Shown piece after piece: positions 12,563 through 23,312 of a DNA stretch of 64,000 nt. A model generated the notes under the pieces. It worked only from the letters and a program-made list of their open reading frames with translations. It was not told the DNA's origin and searched no databases. Numbering within the stretch: the first letter of the stretch is position 1; each line of letters begins with the position of its first letter. The stretch lies in NCBI GenBank assembly GCA_964234715.1, contig OZ174279.1, one strand, 5' to 3'. This DNA is from Podarcis melisellensis. Lineage: Eukaryota. The position numbers and the translations under genes are program-made.

Positions 12563-13171
12563 TATATCTTCTGGCATAATATGATGTTTGGTTCTCACTG
12601 CATGGATAGCATCATCATTTGTTTCGTCACAAGGTGGCACGGAACTTAGTTGTGTTTGTGAGGAGTTGGGGATTTCCTGTTGTGGTTCTGTTCTTGACTC
12701 ACAGAGAGAACAAATTTCCCGCCTAGCTTCCTGACTGGTGTCACTTAAGCCTTCCATGACACTTGCTTTGGTACCAAAAGGTTTGTAGAATACCATAACT
12801 GCCAGGGGATATAATAACAACCGATATACATCTGGTGTATACAGACACTGGTCTTGTTTGGTACCACCACTTTGAAGGAGGCTGAACTTGTCTGTTCAAC
12901 AATTAATTCCCCCATAATGCAATGCCAGTGAGCCACTCTTGGTATGTGGTGGGCACATTGAGGGTGGAGGTACATGGCCCACCGCAGTGACCACAGAGGG
13001 CATTTTGAACCAGGGCCACCTTAGCCATCCCTTTCTGCAAACCAGCCCTCCAACCTGTGAAATGGCACCCACAAATTCTTGCCTCCCTGGTCCTCGTTCA
13101 AATAGCAGGACAGATATGGTGGCTGGGCTTCAATCAATACTTATCAGTTCTTTGACCCTGAGTGTGATAGT

Positions 13172-13274
13172 CAACTAAGGGTTACTCAGAGTAGACTTAT
13201 TGAAACTAATGGGCCTAACTTGTTCATTCATTTCAGTGGGTCTGCTCTGAAGAAAACATTGTTGAATACCACCC
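13172..13274. mobile_element. Short palindromic MITE-like repeat (family of 44825-44943), partial
   Basis: CAACTAAG..CTCAGAGTAGAC...GGTCTGCTCTGA...GTTGAATACCACCC matches 44825-44943. Confidence 0.6.
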
Positions 13275-13399
13275 CATGTTCCACCAGGGTCATCACTGTA
13301 GTCACTGGACTCCTCATTGGCCCTTTCAATGGCACTGCCAATCCCATTCAACACTGCCATGGGGACAAACCCTTAAAATGTTGATATGGGTTTGCAGCA

Positions 13400-13543
13400 T
13401 TGCTTGGATAGCTCAGTTGGTTAGAATGTGGTCTGATAACACCAAGGTTACAGGCTTGATCCCTGTATGAAACAGCTGCATCGATCTCCAATCCAGGGTG
13501 TTGAACTACATGATCCTCAGGATCCCAAAGCTATGATTCTATG
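13400..13543 (+). mobile_element. tRNA-derived SINE with CR1-like 3' tail
   Basis: A-box-like TAGCTCAGTTGG, degenerate B-box GGCTTGATCC, and a tail ending CTATGATTCTATG typical of CR1 3' ends. Confidence 0.65.
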
Positions 13544-14271
13544 GTGTTTGTTGGGTTTTGTTTTTTTTAGTGTGGCAGCTGGTAATCATGCAGTCCAGAA
13601 CTTACACGAAAGGGGAAAGGAAGGGAAACTTACGTAGTACATGCAGGAAACCATTTGCATCTTTAGAAAGCCTTTATGGGATTATTCATTTATGGTCAGA
13701 AGGACAGCTGGCAGCCAGAAAGGAAATTTCAAATATGTTTCATTTCCTCCCTGACCCATTTATATTGAGGTTTGTTTGAGTAGATGTGCCGATCTGACAA
13801 TGGGCTGAAATTTCAAGCGATTCTTTTTCATCCTTTTCAGCACTATTCTGAAGCTAGTTTGTTGATGCTCAAAGCATCCATGCATAGAAAAACTGTAGAT
13901 CTGGGGTTGCCAGCCTTTTGGGGCATGTGGTTACATCTGCAAACTGCAGCAACTGCTGTAGATGTTATTTTTTATTGTTGTATTAATGGTTATGATAACA
14001 ATGTAATAATAGCCTGCTTGACCAGGCCAATGGCCCATCTAGTCCAGCATCCTGATCTCACAGTGGCCAACCTGATGCTTGTGGGATACCTACAAGCAGG
14101 ACCCAAGCACAAGAGCCTTCTCCCCTCCTGCACTTTCCATTAACTGATATTCAGAAGCATGCTGCCTTCAACAGTGTAGGCAGAACACAGTCATCAAGGG
14201 AAGTCGCTCCACCTCCTTGATCATTTTGGTCACCGTTCTCAGAACCTTCCCCAAGTCTACAATATCCTTTT

Positions 14272-14671
14272 CAGTGCTATTTATCTAGAAAAAGAAGTAC
14301 CAGAACTCACCATGAACACCTCCCTTATTTCCTTATACAGTCATGCCTCAGGTTACAGATGCTTCAGGTTGCATATTTTTGAGTTACGGACCACTGAAAC
14401 CCGCAAGTACCCGAATGGGTTACTTCCAGGTTTCGGCAGTCGGACATGTGCAGAAGTGCTAAATCGCGCTTTGCGCATGTGCAGAAGCACCGAATTGCAA
14501 CCCGCGTGTGTGCTGATATGCCACTGCAGGTTGTGAACATTGCAGGTTGCGAACGTGCATCCTGCATGGATCATGTTCGCAACCCGAGCGTCCACTGTAA
14601 TGGTAATGGTGTCTACCTGAGAGGTGCTGAAACTGAATTCCAGTGAGTTCCAGCTGGGAAAAAAAGTCCTG
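14272..14671. mobile_element. hAT-type MITE
   Basis: Imperfect CAGTGCTATTT.../...AAAAAAAGTCCTG ends. Perfect 8-bp TSD ATCCTTTT at 14264-14271 and 14672-14679. Confidence 0.8.
14338..14597. mobile_element. Tigger/pogo-like MITE nested in the hAT MITE
   Basis: TA|CAGTCATGCCTCAGGTTAC ... GCAACCCGAGCGTCCACTG|TA. Confidence 0.82.
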
Positions 14672-15849
14672 ATCCTTTTTGAGGTGATGTATTTTATTGA
14701 TTGTGCACCATGGATGACTCTGTATTGCCTTCTTGTTTTTTATGGCATTTCCCCTTCACTTTATAGCATGGAATCCAAAGATATAAACACTTAAAACATA
14801 TGTAAATTTAAACTACTGTGCTCCTCCTTTTTTAAAGAAAAAGTAAAAGTTTGAGTGGTGATTTGTGCTTATTTGCATTCTTTATATTATTTCATACAGA
14901 ATATATCTTATTTCAGATAAAGTGTAAGGAGTTACTCTCTCCCCTTTTCCTCAAGAGTTCTTGCACTTCTGCAAACCTTGGGGTTAACCTGATCCTGGTG
15001 AAACTTCCCCCTTGTCTGCTGCTGCTTGCTTGGCTACATAAGCAATGGTACTCAGTGCCTTAGTGTTGGGAATAGGGGCAATGATACACTGATGTACTTG
15101 TTTTGCCTTCCACATGAAGGCTGGCGGAATCTGATTCCATGTAGCAACTGCTCCACACTAAACGTACTGCAGTGCAGTGAGCTTGCCATAGCTTGTAATT
15201 ACATGCTTCAGAATACAAATTTGTCCAGCTCTTAATACCCTGCTGTGTTATGAACTGAATGACCACCAGCCAAGTTCTCTGCTGGCTCAGAAAGCAGAAT
15301 GTGATTTTGTAGCATGTGTGGTCACTGTTCTCCAGCAGACCAGGTGCCCAAAGCCTGCCATTTTGTAGGGTCATGTTCTGTAATCTGAAACCCGTCGCTA
15401 TCTCTGAAAGGTTTTAGATTGCTGTGAAATTACATGAACCACAAAGCCAGCTAACTTGTAGGACTTTTTCATATTCACCCTTCGCTCTCAATGAAACTCT
15501 CGTCAGTCGCTGGGAACTATGTAACCAGACCAGCTGCCCAATTTAGATTGCTTTGGTTTGGCATGTATAGTTTCCATTTGGGCCGGTTCTCTTGATTGCT
15601 CCATGCAAATATTTTATGTAGTTGCTGTAATCCACTTGATCTAGAAAGCTCTCTTGTTGCTGAGGGTGTCTGCTTGGGGAGGGAGGAAGCAGCCATCTGT
15701 CACTGCTAGTGCTGAGAAATCTCAGGAAGCTATATGATAAAGCACATGTATGTAACACTACGGTCCACCTGTGTCAACATTGAGAACTGACAGAAAACAG
15801 AAAAAAATCCTTCCAGTAGCATCTTAAAGACCAACTAAGTTAGTTCTTG

Positions 15850-15887
15850 GTATGAGCTTTCGTGTGCATGCACACTTCTTCAGATAC
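15850..15887 (-). ncRNA. Minimal type-I hammerhead ribozyme (minus-strand copy)
   Basis: Exact reverse complement of 15909-15946. Confidence 0.78.
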
Positions 15888-15908
15888 ACTGAACCTATCT
15901 GTTTCAGT

Positions 15909-15946
15909 GTATCTGAAGAAGTGTGCATGCACACGAAAGCTCATAC
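15909..15946 (+). ncRNA. Minimal type-I hammerhead ribozyme
   Basis: In order: GTAT (stem I), CTGAAGA (core), A, GTGTG-CATG-CACAC (stem II), GAAA, GC, TC (UH cleavage site after 15942), ATAC (stem I). Stem III is reduced to the palindrome AGCT, as in the minimal hammerheads known from Penelope-like elements. Confidence 0.8.
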
Positions 15947-16540
15947 CAAGAACTAACTTAGTTGGTCTTTAAGGTGCTACTGGAAGGATTTTTTTTTGTT
16001 TTGACTATGGCAGACCAACACCGCTACCTATCTGTAACTGTCAGAAAACAGGTGAGCTTTACTCATTAAGAAGTCTTATGATTACTAAGCCAATCTGACC
16101 AAGCTGCCCATCACTAAACCCCACATCTATATTACAGGAGACCAGCAGGAATCTGTGGCAGTACCACATAATCTCACCATAGGTAACCCACGTAACAAGA
16201 TGGTCTACACATTTCAGCCATGGCATGGAATAGTCACTGAGGGTTTTCACACTGAGGCTTAAAGTGCCTTTGCAACTCATATATGAAATCTACACCATGC
16301 AAAAAGTGTTTCTGCTGGCCTTAAGGAAGCTGGCAGCAAAGGCTGGTAGTTACTTGGAAGAAAACCTGTTTGCTTTGAGTAGAAGAGAGCCATTTACCAG
16401 CAGGAACTGAAAAGGGATACATCTCAGTGGAGTATTGGACTGATGTGGCAGAAATAGGGATACAGTTCTACAACAGAACTGACTTTCAAGAGGCATGTGT
16501 CAAATTGCAGCATTAAGCCTTAATCACAGCTAAGGGTTTA

Positions 16541-17523
16541 CAGTGGTGCCCCGCAAGACGAATGCCTCGCAAGACGAAAAACTCGCTAGACGAAAGGGTT
16601 TTCCGTTTTTTGAGCTGCTTCGCAAGACGAATTTCCCTATGGGCTTGCTTCGCAAGACGAAAACGTCTTGCAAGTTTGTTTCCTTTTTCTTAACACCATT
16701 AATACAGTTGCGACTTGACTTTGAGGAGCAACTCATAGAACGCAGTGTACATAGTAGCCTTTTTTGAGGTTTTTAAAGACTTTGGTGATTTTTGAAGCTT
16801 TTCCAAAACTTCTTTTGCAGCCATTTAGTAAGTTAAGCTTTTAAAACTTTTTTTTGGGGGGGGGTGGATTTTGGGTTGGTGTGTTTGGAATTCAAGGACT
16901 TGGTGTTGGGGAGGGGTTTGCAAGAATCTGGAAGCTTGTGTGTTTTTTTCTGCATTTTTATGATTTTCTGTGACCATTGGGCCACTCTGCTGTTTTTTTA
17001 CAAAAAATTCTGGATTTGAATTTCTGTGTGCTGGGTGGCTGGGGGAACAGTTGGGGAGGGGTTTGCAAGAATGTGGAAGCTTGTGGTTTTTTTCTGCATT
17101 TTTATGATTTTCTGTGACCATTGGGCCATTCTGCTGTTTTTTTAAAAAAATTCTGGATTTGAATTTCTGTGTGCTGGGTGGCTGGGGGAACAGTTGGGGA
17201 GGGGTTTGCAAGAATCTGGAAGCTTGTGTTTTCCCCCCTGCATTTTTATGATTTTCTGTGACCATTGGGCCACTCTGCTGTTTTTTAAAAAAAAATCTGG
17301 GTTTGAATTTTGAAATGCTCTTTACAGTATGTGTGACTTTAAAGAGCACTTAATAAACTCTTGTTGTACCAAATTTGGCTTTGTTTGGACTTTTTTTGAC
17401 CATAGGAACGCATTAATTGATTTTCAATGCATTCCTATGGGATTTCGTGCTTCACAAGACGAAAAATTCGCTAGACGAAAAAATTCGTGGAACGAATTAA
17501 TTTCGTCTTGCGAGGCACCACTG
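16541..17523. mobile_element. Non-autonomous Tigger/pogo-like DNA transposon (983 bp) with internal tandem repeat
   Basis: TA|CAGTGGTGCCCCGCAAGACGAA ... TTCGTCTTGCGAGGCACCACTG|TA, with repeated subterminal CGCAAGACGAA motifs and many retained CpGs. Confidence 0.92.
16905..17309. repeat. ~144-bp tandem repeat, ~2.8 copies
   Basis: GTTGGGGAGGGGTTTGCAAGAAT unit starts at 16905, 17050 and 17193. Confidence 0.92.
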
Positions 17524-19360
17524 TAATATCCCATACTGAATAACAAGGAAGTTTGGGGCTCTTCAGTTAACTATAACAACATCAGGGATAACAAGCCCCT
17601 GCGTGGTCTCCCTAGGCCACAATCCCAGCTCAGTTCACACCCCCTCAGTGGCTCTGCTCTATACGCGGTGCTTTTGAGCTGTGATATTGCTTACTTGTAT
17701 GGAGGATGGCTATACCTCCATATAGGTAAGCATGTGCATTTGTAGAATCCTATGGCTTCTATGTGGCTGGGAGGTAAGATTGCTCTGCTCACTTTTGTCT
17801 TTGACTCCCATCCACAGATTTCCCTAGGAGGGAACATGGCCCTCATCTGAAAAAAAAAATGTTCCCCACTCTCGTTCTAGGCTGGCTGAAGGAGTCTTTT
17901 CAGCTGCTGCAGCATGGCTGTCAATCTATGGGGCAGGGGAGCCACAGTCACATATATGGGAATTTTTTGTTGACTAAGCTACGAAGAAAACCATGCATGA
18001 CTATTTTGATTTTCTTCCACTTCCCTGTAGGATACTGATTAGCAACTAAACTAAGAAACAAGAGATACTGTACCAGAAACAATCAGGATGTCTGGAGAGG
18101 TAGATAAATACACAAATTATTGAAAGAGAGTAGATGGCTAGTTGGGGGAGCTCAATCCCCAACCATTCCTAAGCTGAATGATGAGCACACTGCCTAGAAG
18201 CTAGCTGCTCCAGCATTATGAAACACAGAAGCAGGCAGGCAGCCCCAAACTAAGTGCTCCGTAGACATCAGTCAACCATATTTATAAGAACAAAATAGCA
18301 AGCATCCATCTAATATACACATGTAAAACTACCAGGTTACTCACCTAAAAAAAGGCAGCCATTTCTCTATTCATCAGCCAAGAAATTTGCCCTATAGCCT
18401 CTGCTGACCTTCATGGTCAGGAAGTTTAAAAGCCTAAGAGTTGGGCATTAAACCTGAACACATTTCAGATGGCAAATTTGGGTCTTCAAAGCAGGCATTG
18501 TTTTACATGTGGCCAAAACAACAACAAAATACTTAGGGCAGTAAGTATGGTAGGAGTTAGGTTAAGGCTGTACTGTAAGGTAGATGGAAGGAGGAGAAGG
18601 ATGTGCTCTGGCATAGTTTGGAGCCCTCAGAAGCGTAGTCATCAAGGCAGGACTTTAGGGCAAGAATTTGTGGGCCCAGTTCAGCATGTGCAGAAGGGGC
18701 CATCAATGCAGCAGGTCTTCAGATCACATTTTGAAAGAAGTGAAGTAATACAAATTACCATCCACCCAGAGAGCCACCAAAAAACCATTTGCCATAACAG
18801 CACCACTCTGTTTCTTTCTGTCTCTGTCTTTGTCCCCCTCCCCAAGATCTCACACCTCATACATGACATTTCACAGATTGTTATTATTATAAACAATGAA
18901 TCTGTTCCCCACCTTGTCCTCTTCATCAACTTGCCTAACATAACTACCTGTTTTTTGTTTGCAGACAGATTGTTTGCAGACAATTAGCTAGATTACTGCA
19001 TTCCCAAACTGAGGTGGCTGAGGAAGGCTCTCCCCGCTAAATTAAAATCAAAGGCACAATTCATTTTTACAGCCACAAGGTTTCCTGATGGCTGGTCCTT
19101 AAAGGAGTACACCCCAGCATGTGTCACTGGTCTGGATACGCCTCTTGTAAAAAGGCCTCATGTAGAGAGGTAACCTGGCTCTGCAGCATATGGGCAGACA
19201 GTGCAGATGTTAAATGTTGTCAACTATATGCCCCCAACAACAGCCTAGCCATTGCATTCTGCACTATCTTGCTGCTTCTGGACCAGGCTCACAGGCAGCT
19301 CCACATACAACACACTACAGAAATTCAGATTTGAGATTACCAGTGTATGGACTACAGCGG

Positions 19361-19404
19361 CCAAATTATCCTGATCTACAGAGTCCAAATTATCCTGATC
19401 TACA
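19361..19404. repeat. Short tandem duplication (24-bp period)
   Basis: CCAAATTATCCTGATCTACA at 19361 and 19385. Confidence 0.9.
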
Positions 19405-20872
19405 TAGCAGTAGCATCTGCTATGTACTGTAGCAGATGAAGGCGGTAAAAAGGAGTCCTAGCCACAGAGGGCCTTTAATACAAAGATGAATCCAGGAGTA
19501 CCTCCAAGCTACAGACCTGATCCGTTAGAAGGTCCCCATTCAGAACAGGCAACTGACCTAACTTCTGAATATGTGGATCACTGACCCACAGAGTCTCTAT
19601 CTCCCCAGGATTCACTTGGTTTACTGATCCACCATTGCATCTGGGCACTGGTCCAGGGTTTGCACAACTTCTCCTGATTCAGATGTCATGGAGAAATAGA
19701 GCCGGGCATCATCAGCGGACTGATAGCATCACACTTCAAAATGATGTGTTGCGGGACATTCAGTGCATGTGTGAACAGGTGCACATGCATATATCCCATT
19801 CACCACATTTAAAGTATGCCAGTTTGTGTGAAGTGACTCTAATGTACATGTGTCTTGCCATAGCTTTCCGTTTACAGATGTAAAGGCCTGCTGTGCCGCT
19901 CCTGGTTATTCCCGGTTGTGTTTTTCCATTCAAAACACATGTAATGTTCTATGATCTCTTGTTTTAGAACCTTGATTACTCTATCACTTATTTATAGCTT
20001 CTAGTTTATGCTGGGTATTCTTATAACTTAAGTGAATGTATGTTATTAATTTCAGATACTCTTCTACTCATTAGCTACTGCATTAGGAGAATAATGCTAC
20101 CATCCTCTCCGAGCTTTAGAAGGCTGTAGGAATTCATTTGGACTTGAAACTAAAACAATGACTGGGTTGAGACTTAATATAAAACCATAATTTGCACTAA
20201 CTATAGATACAGTGAACTGCATAATGTGAACTTCCTGGTGTGCAACTGAAAAACCATGGTTTAGGGTGGCTTTTCTTCTTTTGTTTTGTTTCCCTTCATT
20301 GCAAAAGGCAATCTCAGCATAAAATCAGCAATATTCTATAGGAGCCAGAGGACACCTCCAACACCTCTGCCTTGCTCTCAGCAAAGGGCTAAGCAGGAGC
20401 CCTTCATTAGAGCAAGGCATTCTGGGTGAGATGGCTGGGAGACCGCCAATTTTGCTTTAAATTCTAATGAAGTTTTAACAGAACTTCTAGCCACTGCAAC
20501 AATATGGTGGTGGCGCAGCCACTCTGACCCAGAATGCTTCACTCTTAAGAAAGGACTCCCCACATTGGCCCTTTCTCAAATGAGAGAGGCGAGGGGAAGA
20601 AGATAAGCTAGCGCCAAATGCCCTTACCCAAATAAGTCAGTGGGTGCAAGGATAAAGGAGTTGAGGCAAATGGATAGTGGCAATAGGAAAGGAAAGGGGG
20701 GAGTGGGTGGAGGCAGCAGCAGCGGGAAAGGAGGAAGAGGAATATGAGTGTTGGTAGCAGGGAGAGGGAGAGAAAGAGTGTTGGGCAGTGGGAGCAGTCC
20801 GAGAATGGAACCTCATGCACCAATCCTGAGTTTCAGTTTCTGTTCTTTTTTGGCCCCAAATAAACCACAGTT

Positions 20873-21223
20873 AAGGGACGCGGGTGGCGCTGTGGGTTAA
20901 ACCACAGAGCCTAGGACTTGCCGATCAGAAGGTCGGCGGTTCGAATCCCCTTGACGGGGTGAGCTTCCATTGCTCAGTCCCTGCTCCTGCCAACCTAGCA
21001 GTTCGAAAGCACGTCAAAGTGCAAGTAGATAAATAGGTACCGCTCTGGCGGGAAGGTAAATGGCGTTTCTGTGCACTGATCTGGTTCGTCAGAAGTGGCT
21101 TAGTCATGCTGGCCACATGACCCGGAAGCTGTACGCCGGCTCCCTCGGCCAATAAAGCGAGATGAGCACCGCAACCCCAGAGTCAGCCACGACTGGACCT
21201 AATGGTCAGGGGTCCCTTTACCT
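20873..21223 (+). mobile_element. Sauria SINE (type B), full length
   Basis: GGGACGCGGGTGGCGCTGTGGG head, GGTTCGAATCC B-box, and conserved core. 12-bp TSD TAAACCACAGTT at 20861-20872 and 21224-21235. Confidence 0.95.
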
Positions 21224-22525
21224 TAAACCACAGTTTGTAAGCAAGCTTGGGTTCAGACATCAAAACAAACTATAGCCTATGAAACAAACCATGGTTTTGC
21301 ATTATGTCTGAATTCAGTCCATCATTTGGGGCTAAAGCAGCTTGAATGCAAGGACTCTTGCCTAACTGTTTTGCTTAGCAAATAGTATGCAAGCCGTGCT
21401 GCACAAAGCTTCACTGATCTTGAAGTACAGATACACAAAAGACTATTGGGGCCTCTGTCTTTCAGCCACAGCGCTCACTATAAACAGTACAGCTGTTGCT
21501 ACACTTGTGATGGGTAATGCAATTCCATTGCACGAACCTATTTTTCTTTCAGTGTTCAAGCAAACCTTATTAAAAAGAGGAAAAAGCAGTATAAACAAAG
21601 TAGAGGGAAAAACATAATAGCATCATAACAACGGAAAGCTGAATCATCTCGTCTTCTAGTATTTGCCTGTGATTTTTCAAAGTGCTAAGTTTCTCTATTA
21701 AAAAGACATGGAGATCTTGTTTTACAGCATATTTGAAACACACAGAAAAATGCTACATGCTGAGCAATGAAATTGAATTTTTTTCCTCCTCTTGAAAGAG
21801 ACCTATCCATTTCATTCACATCTGCCATATTTTTAAGTAAAAAAAAACAATAGGCATCTACAAAAATATTTTGGTAAAATCCATGGAAGTCCACAGGGGT
21901 CCTGAAACCCAGAGAGATATTTCTTCCAACCTTCATATGAATAACTCATCCATTGCCTCTGTTCTTATTTAGCTCAAATGAAATAATAGCAAGGAGATGC
22001 AGAAAACCTATTCTCTGTTCTTCTTTCCAATACTTTGCACTTGTTATAAGGCGATTAATAGAAGCAAAGCACTTTGTGTGTTAAATATTGCAGGGTCAGG
22101 ACAGTTATCTGTTGGCACATAAATATTTACAAAAGATTGTGCTGGAGAAGTTGTTCATTGATTTCATTCCCCCCCCCCCTTTCTTCTTGCCCTGAAAAAG
22201 GATAGATTAAATTATTACCCTATGCAGCCATGGGAAAGCAATCAACACAAGAAATCATGGACAGTGATTTTTCTTTTACAATCGCAGTTTTGTAAATAGC
22301 AATCTTTAAAACTGAGCGCCTATAACTTACATTGTTTAAGCTTTGAAGCAGACGAGAAAACCAAAACATAGAGAGTAAGCATATGAGTTATTATTAAGTG
22401 GATATTATTGTTATTATTATTATTATTAAGATTTATTGCCCGCCCTTCGCCATAAAGTCCCCAGCGTGGTTTGCAGCAATGTAAAAACACAATATTCAGA
22501 TCAAGTCAAACAACCATGTGCAAGG

Positions 22526-22527
<2 letters not shown>

Positions 22528-22564
<37 letters not shown>
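22528..22564. repeat. (TG)n microsatellite
   Basis: About 18 TG units. Confidence 0.95.
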
Positions 22565-22567
<3 letters not shown>

Positions 22568-22585
22568 TTAGTGCAATCACTCCAT

Positions 22586-22765
22586 CAGTGCAAGGATTTC
22601 TGCTTGTGCAAAGAACATTCTCCGCCTCTCCTCCTCTCATGTGCCCCCAAAATCTGTTCTAGGGGCTCCCCCAACCCTCTGCAGTAGTTTTTGGACAGGC
22701 ACAGGGCACACAGGAGGGGAAGAGGTGGGGAAACTCCACTTGCACAAACAGAAATCCTTGCACTG
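22586..22765. mobile_element. Palindromic MITE-like element
   Basis: CAGTGCAAGGATTTCTGCTTGTGCAA / TTGCACAAACAGAAATCCTTGCACTG inverted repeats (26 bp, 1 mismatch), with a looser internal palindrome. Confidence 0.65.
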
Positions 22766-22951
22766 CTAAGATACCCAGTATTATGCCATAATGCATGCAA
22801 TTATAAATTAAGAAAGCTTAGTAGATCAGCCAGTCTACTACAGCAATGTTAGGATGCCATCTTGCTCTTATGTAGGTTTGCAAAGGGGCAGTTCCACTAG
22901 AGTTATCCTGTCTCTGATTTTCTCACTCCTCTTCTGCTCTTGGCTCTTGAG

Positions 22952-23312
22952 AAAGGTAAAGGACCCCTGGACGGTTAAGTCCAGTCAAAGGTGACGATGG
23001 GGTTGCGGCGCTCATCTCGCTTTCAGGCTGAGGGAGCTGGTGTTTATCCACAGACAGCTTTCTGGGTCATGTGGTCAACATGACTAAACCACTTCTGGCG
23101 CAAGAGAACACCCTGATAAAAACCAGAGCACACGGAAACACCGTTTACCTTCCACAGTGGTACCTACAGTACTTATCTACTTGCACTGCCGTGCTTTCAA
23201 ACTGCTATGTTGGCAGGAGCTGGGACAGAGCAACAAGAGCTCACTCTGTTGCAGGGATTCGAACCACCAACATTCAGATCAGCTAGCCCAAGAGGCTCAG
23301 TGGTTTAGATCA
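22952..23312 (-). mobile_element. Sauria SINE (more divergent variant)
   Basis: AAAGGTAAAGG tail, TATCTACTTGCAC core, and GGGATTCGAACC B-box in reverse. Confidence 0.88.

Larger units (their letters stand above)
14004..14688 (-). mobile_element. CR1 LINE 3' remnant, interrupted by nested MITEs
   Basis: GGCCAATGGCCCATCTAGTCCAGCATCCTG matches the CR1 3' UTR at 43930-43997 in reverse. The ORF2 remnant CTCCTTGATCATTTTGG...AATATCCTTTT resumes after 14672. Confidence 0.7.
15801..16035. mobile_element. Penelope-like element remnant: inverted pair of terminal (pLTR) repeats
   Basis: 93-bp inverted arms (15801-15893 and 15903-15995) with 1 mismatch. ACCTATCTGT is repeated at 15893-15902 and 16026-16035. 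A 16-bp flanking direct repeat AACTG(A/T)CAGAAAACAG lies at 15785-15800 and 16036-16051. Both arms contain hammerhead cores. Confidence 0.85.

Noticed and set aside
13400-13475. tRNA gene (also the heads at 8067, 20873, 24570-24647 and 27337)
   Set aside because: No complete cloverleaf; each continues into a SINE body or tail.
15801-15995. Canonical miRNA precursor or rho-independent terminator
   Set aside because: The stem is too long and perfect, and it is explained by an inverted Penelope-like repeat with another copy at 1855.
16905-17309. CRISPR-like array (also the reiterated motifs in MITE ends)
   Set aside because: Eukaryotic context, no unique spacers and no cas genes.
16825-17349. 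174-aa repetitive ORF
   Set aside because: It is a translation of the ~144-bp tandem array inside a MITE.
18469-18987. 172-aa ORF
   Set aside because: No recognisable motif or exon-like splice context; consistent with a chance ORF.
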